Positions 51,694 through 60,730 of a stretch of DNA of 64,000 nucleotides are shown here, piece by piece; the stretch's first letter is position 1, and every line of letters begins with the position of its first letter. A model generated the notes under the pieces. It was not told the origin of the DNA, did no database searches, and saw only the letters and a program-made list of their open reading frames with translations. Position numbers and translations under genes: made by a program. Source of the stretch: Candidatus Latescibacterota bacterium (lineage in GTDB: Bacteria; Latescibacterota; UBA2968; GCA-2709665); assembly GCA_965203805.1 (NCBI GenBank), contig OZ241917.1, positions 736,001 through 800,000 of the forward strand. Direction: 5' to 3'.

Positions 51694-54423
51694 ATGATGG
51701 TTGCAGATGGGGATAAAGCCGATACCGCCACAATGACGCTGGACAGCCAGACGGTCGGGTTTTCCGACGGGGAAACCGTTTTTGACGTTGCGCAAAGGCA
51801 CTCGAAATTCGTGCCGACCCTGTGTTACGATTCCCGCCTGAAACCCTTCGGCAGCTGCCGCCTCTGCGTGGTCGACGTGGAAGGCGAGCGAACCCCCCTT
51901 GCGTCGTGCACGACGCCTGCAACGCCCGGGATGGTGGTTCGCACGCAAACGGATGCAATACAGAAACACCGTAAGGTGTTGCTGGAGTTGGTGGCCTCCG
52001 AAAACCCTGAAGTGGATGTAGACCCCCTTAGCGGCTATGCCTCCCAGGAACTGGCCACGCTTGTCGATCAATACGGCGCGCGGACGGGCCGGTTCAGAGG
52101 CGACCGTTCCGGACGCAGCAAGCCGGAGGACGACAACCCGTTTCTGCTGCGAGATTACGACAAGTGCATTTCCTGTTACCGTTGCGTCCGGGTGTGCGCC
52201 GAGCAGGAGGGTGACGACGCAATCAGCGTGATGAACCGCGGCTTCGACACTCAGATCGTTACCGAATTCGACGGCTTGCTGAAAGCGTCGTCGTGTACAT
52301 TCTGCGGGCAGTGTATTCAAACGTGCCCAACGGGCGCCCTTGCGGACCGGAAAGCGCTCCGGGCGGCCGGCGAACCGGGAAAAATAGAAAAGATCCGGAC
52401 TGTCTGTCCGTATTGCGGGGTGGGTTGTTCGGTTGACATGATGACAAAAGGGGAGAAGATCGTAGGCATCCAGCCCGCTATGGACGGTCCTGCGAACCTG
52501 GGTGCGCTTTGTGTAAAGGGGCAGTTTGCGTTCGATTTCGTGCAGCACCGCGACAGGTTGCAGACGCCGCTGGTGCGGCGGGAAGACGGCAGGCTGCACG
52601 AATCCGGCTGGGAGGAGGCGCTGGATCGTGCGGCGCAGGGATTCATGGATGCGCGGGCGGCACATGGAGAACTGAGCGCGTACGGCATCGCGTCCGGCCG
52701 TGCGCCAACGGAGGCCGCTTATGTGATGGGCAAATTCATCCGCGCCGGATTCGGTACCAACTATATAGACAACTGCAGCCGTGCCTGACACGCCCCTACG
52801 GTTGCCGGTCTGGCAGCCACGGTCGGACGGGGCGCGATGTCGAATCCGCTGGTCGACATGGAAAAGCCCGATGTGTTCTTCTGCATCGGGACGAATATGA
52901 CCGAGTGTCATCCGGTGGCGGCCACGCGGATGAAGAAAGCGGTACGCGGGGGTGCGAAGCTGATCGTGGCGGATCCTCGGCGCATCCCGCTGGCGGAGAT
53001 GGCGGATCTGTATCTTCCGTTGCGTGTGGGGTCGGATGTTGCCCTTCTGCTTGCGATGGCGCACGTGATTGCGAGGGAGGGGTTGATCGACAGGGGGTTT
53101 GTCGAGAACCGGACGACGAAGGCCGCGGACTTTCTTGAGCACGTGAAGGAATATCCCCCGGAGTGGGCCGAACGGATTACGGGGGTGCCGGCGAAGGATA
53201 TCGAACTCGCCGCGATCTGGTACGGCATGGCGGACAAGGGCGCCATCTACTATACGCTGGGCATCACAGAACACATCTGCGGCGTCGACAACGTTCAGAG
53301 CCTGTGCAACCTGGCGCTGATGACGGGAAACGTGGGCCGCGAAGGTACAGGCATCAATCCCATGCGCGGTCAGAACAATATCCAGGGCGCGGGGGATGCA
53401 GGCGCTATCCCGGACAAATTCCCCGGGTTCCAGGCGTGCGATGATCCCGGGACGGCGGCGAGATTCTCGCGAATTTACGGACGGCCTCTGAAACCGGAAA
53501 AGGGAATAACGAAGGTGGCGGCGCTGAACCTGTGCGGAGACCGCATCCGCGCCATGATGATCGACGGCGAGAACACGGTCGTATCCGATCCTGACAGGGC
53601 GCACTGCGAGCGCGCATTGCAGAGCCTGGACCATCTGGTCGTGATCGACATCTTCCTGACCGAAACGGCCAGACTTGCCGACGTCGTGCTGCCGGCGACG
53701 GCATGGGGCGAAACGGACGGGACGTGTTCGAACACGGAGCGGCGCGTCCAGCGTCTGCGCGCCGCGGTCCCGCCCCCCGGTGAGGCCCGCCCGGATTGGT
53801 GGATCGTCAGCGAGATTGCGAAACGGATGGGAGCGCAGGGGTTCGACTTCACTTCCGCGAAAGACGTGTTCAACGAACTGTGCGCCGTGTCCCCGATATA
53901 CGCGGGATTGAATTGGGATCGAATCGAACATGGCCAGTACCATTGGCCGGTCCCTGACGCCGATCATCCGGGCACGCCGATGCTGCACGAAGGCGAATTC
54001 GTGAATGGCCGAGGCATCTTCACAAAGCATCGCTATCGCAATCCGGCGGAGACGGTCAGCGAAGACTATCCCGTATGGTTGACGACCGGCCGCAGACTGC
54101 ACGCGTACCATACGCGGACTCAGACCGGAAGGGCCGCGGGGATGGACTATTTTCTTTCCGAAGAGTCGCTGGAGGTGCATCCGTCGGACGTAGCGGCCTG
54201 GGGGCTTAGCGACGGCGGCTGGTGCCTGATGTCGAGCGCACGCGGTTCCATCCGGATCAAGGTCAAGGCGACCCGGCAGTCTCCCCGGGGGACTGTGTTC
54301 GCCAGTTTCGGCTTCAACGACGTTCCGGTGAATATCCTGACGGGTTCGGGCTACGATCCGGTGACGGAAACGGCCGAATTGAAGGTATGCCCGGTTCGTA
54401 TTGAATCAGTTGTGCCAAAATGA
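51694..54423 (+). CDS. fdhF: Formate dehydrogenase alpha subunit, selenocysteine-containing (TGA 52786-52788 read through)
   Basis: ORFs 51694-52788 and 52837-54423 share one frame; DNCSRA-U-HAPTV active site; N-terminal Fe-S clusters, CPYCGVGC, RGQNN.QG. Confidence 0.93.
52789..52834 (+). promoter_or_regulatory. Bacterial SECIS element
   Basis: GGTTGCC-GGTCT-GGCAGCC hairpin begins 11 nt after the TGA; lower stem CGCCCC/GGGGCG. Confidence 0.85.
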
Positions 54424-54444
54424 TTTAATCCCGAAAGTTAAAGG

Positions 54445-55275
54445 TTGAATTCAGGCATTACACAGCGCGACGTGTCGAGGGTGAACAACGGCTTTCCGGC
54501 GCGTCCGGTTCAGGACGATATCGCGGTTGAAGAGCCCCTGGAAATCCGCGTGGCCGGGGATCCCGTTGCCGTAACGATGCGGTCGCCGGGAGACGACGCC
54601 CGGCTTGCGGTGGGATTTCTCTTTTCAGAAGGGATTATTGCGTCCATCGAGGACGTCGGACGGGTATTTCACTGCGGAAGGCCGGGGACGGAGGGGTACG
54701 GAAACGCGATCGACGTGCTGCCCGCGCCCGGCCACAGCCTGGATATCGAGCGGGTCGCCGCCAGCCGCCGGGGAACACTCACGACGTCGGCGTGCGGGGT
54801 CTGCGGGCGCCAGGGCGTCGAAGACCTGATGGCGCGTTGTTCTGTTTTGCCGCCCGGGCCGCGGATATCGGCAGAACTGCTCCTGGATACGATTGAACGG
54901 ATGACGCGGATTCAGCCCACGTTCACCCATACCGGCGGCGTGCACGCCGCCGCCGCGTTCGGCCGGGACGGCCGCCCGCTTGTGTGTTCTGAAGACGTCG
55001 GCCGCCACAATGCCGTGGACAAGACGATCGGCGCCCTGCTGTTCGACCGTCTGGTGGGCGCGTCATCGGGCGCGGCCCTGCTGGCCGTAAGCGGCAGAGC
55101 GAGCTTTGAAATCGTGCAGAAAGCGGCGGTCGCGAAAATCCCGATTGTCGCAAGCGTTTCCGCGGCCAGTTCTCTCGCGGTCGATCTCGCAGCCGATGCG
55201 GGCATCACCCTTGCGGGTTTCGTACGCCGCAAGGGCTTCAACCTGTACGCGCACCCCGAACGGATCGGACAATAA
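54445..55275 (+). CDS. fdhD: Formate dehydrogenase accessory sulfurtransferase FdhD
   Basis: VEEPLEI, TMRSPG, SACGVCG, TGGVHAA, EDVGRHNAVDK, SGRASFE. Confidence 0.95.
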   Translation: MNSGITQRDVSRVNNGFPARPVQDDIAVEEPLEIRVAGDPVAVTMRSPGDDARLAVGFLFSEGIIASIEDVGRVFHCGRPGTEGYGNAIDVLPAPGHSLDIERVAASRRGTLTTSACGVCGRQGVEDLMARCSVLPPGPRISAELLLDTIERMTRIQPTFTHTGGVHAAAAFGRDGRPLVCSEDVGRHNAVDKTIGALLFDRLVGASSGAALLAVSGRASFEIVQKAAVAKIPIVASVSAASSLAVDLAADAGITLAGFVRRKGFNLYAHPERIGQ

Positions 55276-55503
55276 ATGCCTATCTTCGAGTTCATCTGCG
55301 GCAGTTGCCGCCATCCCTTCGAGGCGATCATTCAGGGGTCCCGGGAGCCGCGCTGTCCGTCCTGTGGCAGCGCCGAACTTGAGAAGCAGCTTTCGGTTTT
55401 CGCTGTCAGCGGGGGCAGCGGTCGGACGGAGGCGCCCGCGCCCACGGGACCATGCAGAACCTGCGGAGACCCCAGGGGCCCGGGCGCCTGTTCGATCAGC
55501 TAG
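55276..55503 (+). CDS. FmdB family zinc-ribbon protein
   Basis: MPIFEFICGSC...CPSCGS..LEKQLSVF; Cys-rich tail. Confidence 0.88.
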   Translation: MPIFEFICGSCRHPFEAIIQGSREPRCPSCGSAELEKQLSVFAVSGGSGRTEAPAPTGPCRTCGDPRGPGACSIS

Positions 55504-55571
55504 GAGCCCGTCCCGAAAATATGTCACCATCCATCCGCCGATTCATCGCGACCCGGCGCCCGAATTCAGGC
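55500..55571 (+). mobile_element. Internally deleted, degenerate copy of the IS630-related MITE
   Basis: CTAGGAGCCCGTCCCGAAAATATGTCACCATCCATCCGCCGATTCATC resembles the MITE left end; CCGAATTCAGGC matches its right part. Confidence 0.65.
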
Positions 55572-55606
55572 GATCGGTCTCCGGTACGGAACACCGGACA
55601 TCATAG

Positions 55607-55633
55607 CCCGGTTCATAACACCGGGTTTTTTTT
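55607..55633 (+). terminator. Rho-independent terminator of the fdh operon
   Basis: CCCGGT-TCATAAC-ACCGGG followed by a T run. Confidence 0.75.
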
Positions 55634-55870
55634 GTGTACATAAAACGAGGAATCAACACATTTTCAACCGAACCCCATGAACTCGGAGATCGTCTTCCGC
55701 GTTAACGTTGCAAGAATTGCATTTGTGCATTCTGACATACGAACCTATCTTTGGCGGCGTCGGCTGATTCTTACGTTGTCCCGCGAGATTGACCGCGTGA
55801 ACGCATGTTTTGCGTGGTCCCGGTCGAACCGGAACGAACGCGGTCCGGCCTTGCCCGGGGAGAATGCTGT

Positions 55871-57607
55871 ATGAGCGGCCTCTACTCGAAAGCCTACCAG
55901 CGGATACGACGACTGTTCGCGGAGGACCGTTGTGTGATTCTGGACGGCGGCGTCGCAACGGAACTGGAACGCATAGGGCGTCGGGACCACGCCGTCAGCG
56001 ATCACAGCCTCTGGGGGACGTCGGCGCTGTACCATGAACCCTATTCGGTTCTTGATGTACACAGACGGTTCGCAGAGGCCGGCTGCGACCTGATTTCAAC
56101 CAACACGTGGGGGATCCTCGACGCGGCGGAGATGGGCGGACAAGGGTTGGACTCCGTGGCCGGCATCTCGCACTGGATGGACGTTGCGCGACGTGGTATC
56201 AGGTTGGCGCGACAGGCGAATCGGGAGTCGGGCCGGGAAAACGAGTGTGCGGTGGCTTTCAGCATGAATGGAGACATTGATACGCCCCAACGTCTCGAAC
56301 GACTGCAGCTGCTTTCGAGGGTATTTACAGACGACCCGCCCGATCTCATTCTGCTGGAGACGATGTCCATTATCCGGGACGATCTCACGCTGCCTGCCGT
56401 CGAGCTGATGATCCAATCGGGGATTCCGGTGTGGCTGAGTTTTCGGCGCTGCCGGAAGGGGCTGTGCGGGGTCCACGGACAGCATTGGGGCGGTCCGGAA
56501 GGCGATTATTTCGGCAGATTGGCCGGCCGTTTTGAACGAATGAAAATAGGCGCCCTCCTGATCAATTGTCTCCCGGTGGACCACGTACCGGGCATGATCT
56601 CCTGGCTGAGGGATTTTACGGATCTCCCGCTGGGCGTGTACCCGAACCTGGGGCGTTACCTTGACCCGGGGTGGAAATTCGACGAGACCGTCGGCCCCCC
56701 GAGTTTTGCCGCGCTGGCCCTTGCATGGCGCGACGAGGGCGCGCAGATCGTCGGCGGGTGCTGTGGCGTCACACCCGATCACATTGCCGCAGCACGGGAG
56801 GCGCTGGCCGGTACCCTGCCGGGACGAAAGCGGGTCCGGCCGCAAACAACCCCGGCGGCCGGAAGCCGGAAGGACGAACCGGTTGTTCCGCGCCCGTGGG
56901 TGGACACGGACGGGGGGGCGCTCTTTCCGCTGCCGTTCCCTGAGATTATGTGCGACCCGGGAGTATTCGCACCCACGCAGGGGAGCTTTCTGATCTGGAA
57001 GCACCTCTTTCGAACGGGCGCCGGGCAGGGCAAACGCTGTCTGGACGTGGGTTGCGGCACCGGAATCCTCTCCGTGCAACTCGCGTTGAACGGAGCGGAA
57101 CAGGTTGTGGCAATCGATATCCAGAAAGAAGCCATCGGCAACACGATGACGAACGCATTTCGAAACGGCGTGGCCGACCGTATTTCCGCGCGGGTCGAGG
57201 ACCTCTACACCTACACTCCGGAAGAGCGGTATGACCTGGTGATCGGCAGCCTCTATCAGATGCCCGTGGATCCTGTCCGGCATACGACCGGGCACCGACC
57301 CGCGGATTTCTGGGGCAGGAATCTGTTCGATCATCTCATTGCGCTGCTGCCTGAGATGCTGGCTGATGACGGTGTCGCCTACCTGATGCAGATATCGGCC
57401 TTGAGTCAGCTTCGGTCATCCGAACTGATTTCAGCCGCCGGTCTGAAAGCGAAGGTCATCGACTTCAGCTTTTTTCACTTCGGCCCGGTATTCAATGAAA
57501 ATTCCGATCAGATCCGGCGGGTCGCCGAGCTGTCGGACGCCTTTTACCTGAGCTTTGGCCGGGACAACGTCATGGTGATGTACCTGCTTGAGATCAACTC
57601 GAATTGA
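55871..57607 (+). CDS. Homocysteine S-methyltransferase domain fused to class I SAM-dependent methyltransferase
   Basis: ILDGGVATEL, W....L, AGCDLISTNT, ETM, INC, YPN, VGGCCG; Pro-rich linker; then GVF.P, LDVGCGTG, IDI. Confidence 0.85.
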   Translation: MSGLYSKAYQRIRRLFAEDRCVILDGGVATELERIGRRDHAVSDHSLWGTSALYHEPYSVLDVHRRFAEAGCDLISTNTWGILDAAEMGGQGLDSVAGISHWMDVARRGIRLARQANRESGRENECAVAFSMNGDIDTPQRLERLQLLSRVFTDDPPDLILLETMSIIRDDLTLPAVELMIQSGIPVWLSFRRCRKGLCGVHGQHWGGPEGDYFGRLAGRFERMKIGALLINCLPVDHVPGMISWLRDFTDLPLGVYPNLGRYLDPGWKFDETVGPPSFAALALAWRDEGAQIVGGCCGVTPDHIAAAREALAGTLPGRKRVRPQTTPAAGSRKDEPVVPRPWVDTDGGALFPLPFPEIMCDPGVFAPTQGSFLIWKHLFRTGAGQGKRCLDVGCGTGILSVQLALNGAEQVVAIDIQKEAIGNTMTNAFRNGVADRISARVEDLYTYTPEERYDLVIGSLYQMPVDPVRHTTGHRPADFWGRNLFDHLIALLPEMLADDGVAYLMQISALSQLRSSELISAAGLKAKVIDFSFFHFGPVFNENSDQIRRVAELSDAFYLSFGRDNVMVMYLLEINSN

Positions 57608-57741
57608 AGGGGTCTGCAGACGCCGCGCACCGGCATTGTGCGGTTCGATAGACTGCGCGGCGGTATCGCGCATCTCCGTACCCGGCGTACAGGAGCGATT
57701 TGCCCGGGCAGAGCGAATTCGATAGACACGGGGAATGCAAG

Positions 57742-58572
57742 ATGGACGATCGGTTCCTGAAGGGACGCGCCGCGATTGTCACGGGAGGCGCAAGTGGACT
57801 CGGCAGGGCAATCGCGTTGCGCCTGGCGCACCGCGGCGCGGACGTCTGCATCATGTCCCTGAGCAGCCAGCGGGTGGAGAAAGTCGATAGCGAGGTCAAA
57901 TACTTCGCGGACGTCGGCGAAATCGAGACGACCCGTCGGGAGATACGGGAATCGGGTGTACGGTGTATCGGTCTGGACGGAGACGTCAGTTCGACGTCGG
58001 ACGTAGAGGATATGATCGTTCGGACGGTCGAGACATTCGGCAGGCTGGACGTCCTGGTGAACAATGCCGCGACAAACGTGATCCATCCCGTCCTCGGCCA
58101 CGACAACCGGGCCTGGCGGCGAGTGATCGATGTCAATCTGTTCGGTCCCTACCTTTGCGCGCGGAACGCGCTGCCCCATATGATTGAGAATGGCTGGGGA
58201 CGCATCGTCTCAATCGGTTCCACAAATTCCCATGTCGGCGCGTCCAGTTACAGTGCCTACGCCGCATCGAAGCACGGGCTGCTGGGGTTCAGCCGATCCC
58301 TCGCGCTGGAAGTGGCCCACTACCACATTACGGCCAACACCATCAGCCCGGCGACGATCGAGACGCCATCCGGGCGGATGCATCTGCTCCGGTGGGCAAA
58401 GGACCAGGGCCTTTCTCCCGAAGCCATGCGCGGAGAGTTCATGAAGTCCTATCCGCAGGGGAGATTCCTTCGCCCGGAAGAGATCGCAGACCTGGTTGTC
58501 TATTTGTGCCGGGAAGAAGCGCGGGGAATCAACGGCGAAGATATCCGTGTGACAACGGGCGCGATGTACTGA
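57742..58572 (+). CDS. Short-chain dehydrogenase/reductase
   Basis: TGGASGLG, NNA, S..S, YAASK, SP. Confidence 0.92.
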   Translation: MDDRFLKGRAAIVTGGASGLGRAIALRLAHRGADVCIMSLSSQRVEKVDSEVKYFADVGEIETTRREIRESGVRCIGLDGDVSSTSDVEDMIVRTVETFGRLDVLVNNAATNVIHPVLGHDNRAWRRVIDVNLFGPYLCARNALPHMIENGWGRIVSIGSTNSHVGASSYSAYAASKHGLLGFSRSLALEVAHYHITANTISPATIETPSGRMHLLRWAKDQGLSPEAMRGEFMKSYPQGRFLRPEEIADLVVYLCREEARGINGEDIRVTTGAMY

Positions 58573-58619
58573 GATGAACCGCAGGGTCCTCTCACGGGTT
58601 TCCGATTGTTGAGGAGACG

Positions 58620-59405
58620 GTGATGGATCTGGGATTGAAAGGCCGCCGGGCCCTGGTGACAGGCGCGAGCAAGGGGATCGGCCGGGCAATTGCATACGAG
58701 CTGGCAACGGAAGGCGCGGACCTGGCAATCTGCGCCCGCGGACCGCGCGCCCTTGAGGATACGGCGGCGGCGTTGGAGGCGGCAACGGGCGTGAACGTGT
58801 TCGCGGGCACGGCGGATGTAACGGTTGACCGCGAAGTCCGGGCTTTCGTGGACGAGGCCGCCGCCGCGCTGGGCGGGCTCGATGTCCTCGTGAACAACGC
58901 CGGGAGTGCGCTTCCGGGCACCTTCGAAGAGGTGGACGAGGGTCGCTGGCGCGCGGACCTGGACGTAAAGCTTTTCGCCGCGATGCGATGCGTGCGTACC
59001 GCCCTTCCTCATCTGAAACAGAGTCCGCAGGCCAGGATCATCAATATAAACTCGATTGTCGGACGCCAGATTGCACCGGAATACATCGCCAACAGCACCG
59101 ATCGAGCGGCGTGTCTGGCGTTCAGCAAAGGCCTGGCTGACAATCTGGCAAAGTACGGCATTCTTGTAAACAGCGTGAATCCCGGCAACGTCAGAAGCCA
59201 GGCATGGGACAGCACGCTGGACTACTTCGCGCCGGACGCGGAACTGGAAGACTATTACGTCCAGGCGAGCCGGGAAACGCCGCTGGGCAGGGTGGCGGAC
59301 GCGGGCGAGATTGCCGCGGTGGTGGCCTTTCTGGCCAGCAAGCGGGCAAGCTACATCACGGGAGCCTCCATCGATGTGGACGGCGGACTGGTGAGGTATA
59401 TCTAG
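58620..59405 (+). CDS. Short-chain dehydrogenase/reductase with atypical active site
   Basis: TGASKGIG, NNAG, PG, TPLGR, YITG...VDGG; canonical YxxxK replaced by NSTDR. Confidence 0.88.
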   Translation: MMDLGLKGRRALVTGASKGIGRAIAYELATEGADLAICARGPRALEDTAAALEAATGVNVFAGTADVTVDREVRAFVDEAAAALGGLDVLVNNAGSALPGTFEEVDEGRWRADLDVKLFAAMRCVRTALPHLKQSPQARIININSIVGRQIAPEYIANSTDRAACLAFSKGLADNLAKYGILVNSVNPGNVRSQAWDSTLDYFAPDAELEDYYVQASRETPLGRVADAGEIAAVVAFLASKRASYITGASIDVDGGLVRYI

Positions 59406-60565
59406 TGTTTCGTCCCAGGAGTAACTTGCAAAAATAGTTCACTTGCCATAGATTCCCTATAGCGAAAGGAGGAATCTATGGCCAGGGGACGTCCGTTAGC
59501 GCCACTGAGTATTGGGGATGAGGTTCGTGCGCAACTGGAAACCATTTCCCGTTCAAGAAGCATGTCGCACAGTCTTGTGTGCCGGGCGAAGATCGTTCTG
59601 ATGAGTGATCAAGGGCTGTCGAATCAGCAGATCGGACGACAGCTTGGTCTGTCGGGAGCCACAGTCGGGAAGTGGCGCCGTCGGTTTTTAGAACAAGGTC
59701 TGATGGGGCTTTATGATGAATTGCGCCCCGGGGGGCCCCGCTCGATCAGCGATGAGCGCATCGCCTCGCTGATTCATGCAACGCTCAAAGACAAGCCGTC
59801 GGGAGCCACCCACTGGACCTGCCGCTCTCTGGCAGCCCAGACGCAACTGTCCAAGTCCACGGTTCAGCGCGTGTGGAAAGCGTTTGGTCTACAGCCGCAC
59901 CGGCAAAAACACTTCAAGCTGTCCAATGATCCGTTCTTTGTCGAGAAGGTACGTGACATTGTCGGACTGTATCTGAACCCTCCCGACAACGCGATGGTAT
60001 TATGCGTTGACGAAAAGAGTCAGATCCAGGCATTGGAACGAACGCAGCCGATATTGCCTTTGGGGTTGGGCTATGTGGAAGGGGTCACCCACAATTATAT
60101 CCGGCACGGCACCACGACCTTGTTCGCCGCGCTGGAGGTCGCTTCCGGCAAGGTGCTGGCCCAATGCAAACCCCGACATCGACACCAGGAATTTTTACAA
60201 TTCCTCAAATATATCGACCAAAACGTCCCGAAGGACCTTGACATTCATCTCGTCGTCGACAACTACGCCACGCACAAGCACGAAAAAATCAAACGCTGGA
60301 TCGCAGCCAGGCCCCGATACCACGTTCACTATACACCGACCTATGCGTCCTGGCTCAACCAGGTCGAGATCTGGTTCGGCATCATTACCCAGAAAGCCAT
60401 CCGACGCGGGACCTTCAAAAAGGTGAAAGACCTCATCGCCAACATTCAGGATTTCACCAACCATTATAACGCCAACTCACGACCGTTCGTCTGGACCGCC
60501 ACCGCAGAATCGATCCTTGACAAGATTACCAGACTTTTTGAACTAATTCATGGGACAAGACACTA
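59403..60565 (+). mobile_element. IS630 family insertion sequence
   Basis: TA-GTGTTTCGTCCCA ... TGGGACAAGACAC-TA inverted ends with TA duplication in a CTAG context. Confidence 0.92.
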
Positions 60566-60566
60566 G
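59478..60566 (+). CDS. IS630 family transposase (intact single ORF)
   Basis: HTH region (RAKIVL, TVGKWRRRF), DDE triad VDEK / VDNY / NQVE; AAGGAGG RBS; stop lies in the right end. Confidence 0.95.
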   Translation: MARGRPLAPLSIGDEVRAQLETISRSRSMSHSLVCRAKIVLMSDQGLSNQQIGRQLGLSGATVGKWRRRFLEQGLMGLYDELRPGGPRSISDERIASLIHATLKDKPSGATHWTCRSLAAQTQLSKSTVQRVWKAFGLQPHRQKHFKLSNDPFFVEKVRDIVGLYLNPPDNAMVLCVDEKSQIQALERTQPILPLGLGYVEGVTHNYIRHGTTTLFAALEVASGKVLAQCKPRHRHQEFLQFLKYIDQNVPKDLDIHLVVDNYATHKHEKIKRWIAARPRYHVHYTPTYASWLNQVEIWFGIITQKAIRRGTFKKVKDLIANIQDFTNHYNANSRPFVWTATAESILDKITRLFELIHGTRH

Positions 60567-60730
60567 TGTCCTGTCCCAAAAATACCTCACCATTCTTCCG
60601 CAGATTCATCCCGTCTCGCGGCGTTGCCATCGCTCGCCGACCGTGCCAGGTCGCCTGCGCTCCGGCGCCTTGCGAGCCGGGCGACTCTGCGGCCGAATTC
60701 AGGCAACTTATTTCTGGGACAAGACACTAG
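60563..60730 (+). mobile_element. Non-autonomous MITE with IS630-type ends
   Basis: CTAGTGTCCTGTCCCA ... TGGGACAAGACACTAG; right end identical to that of the adjacent IS630; no transposase. Confidence 0.85.

Noticed and set aside
51664-54180. 838-aa minus-strand ORF and similar long antisense ORFs (10600..12192, 22346..23833, 17746..18999, 56096..57334)
   Set aside because: They lie opposite well-supported genes, lack motifs and are expected in high-GC DNA.
51694-54423. FDH alpha subunit as a split gene or pseudogene
   Set aside because: The break is a single in-frame TGA at the catalytic residue with a SECIS hairpin, so Sec recoding explains it.
55640-55870. SAM or cobalamin riboswitch upstream of the HMT fusion
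   Set aside because: No recognisable SAM-I/II or B12-box consensus could be found by eye.
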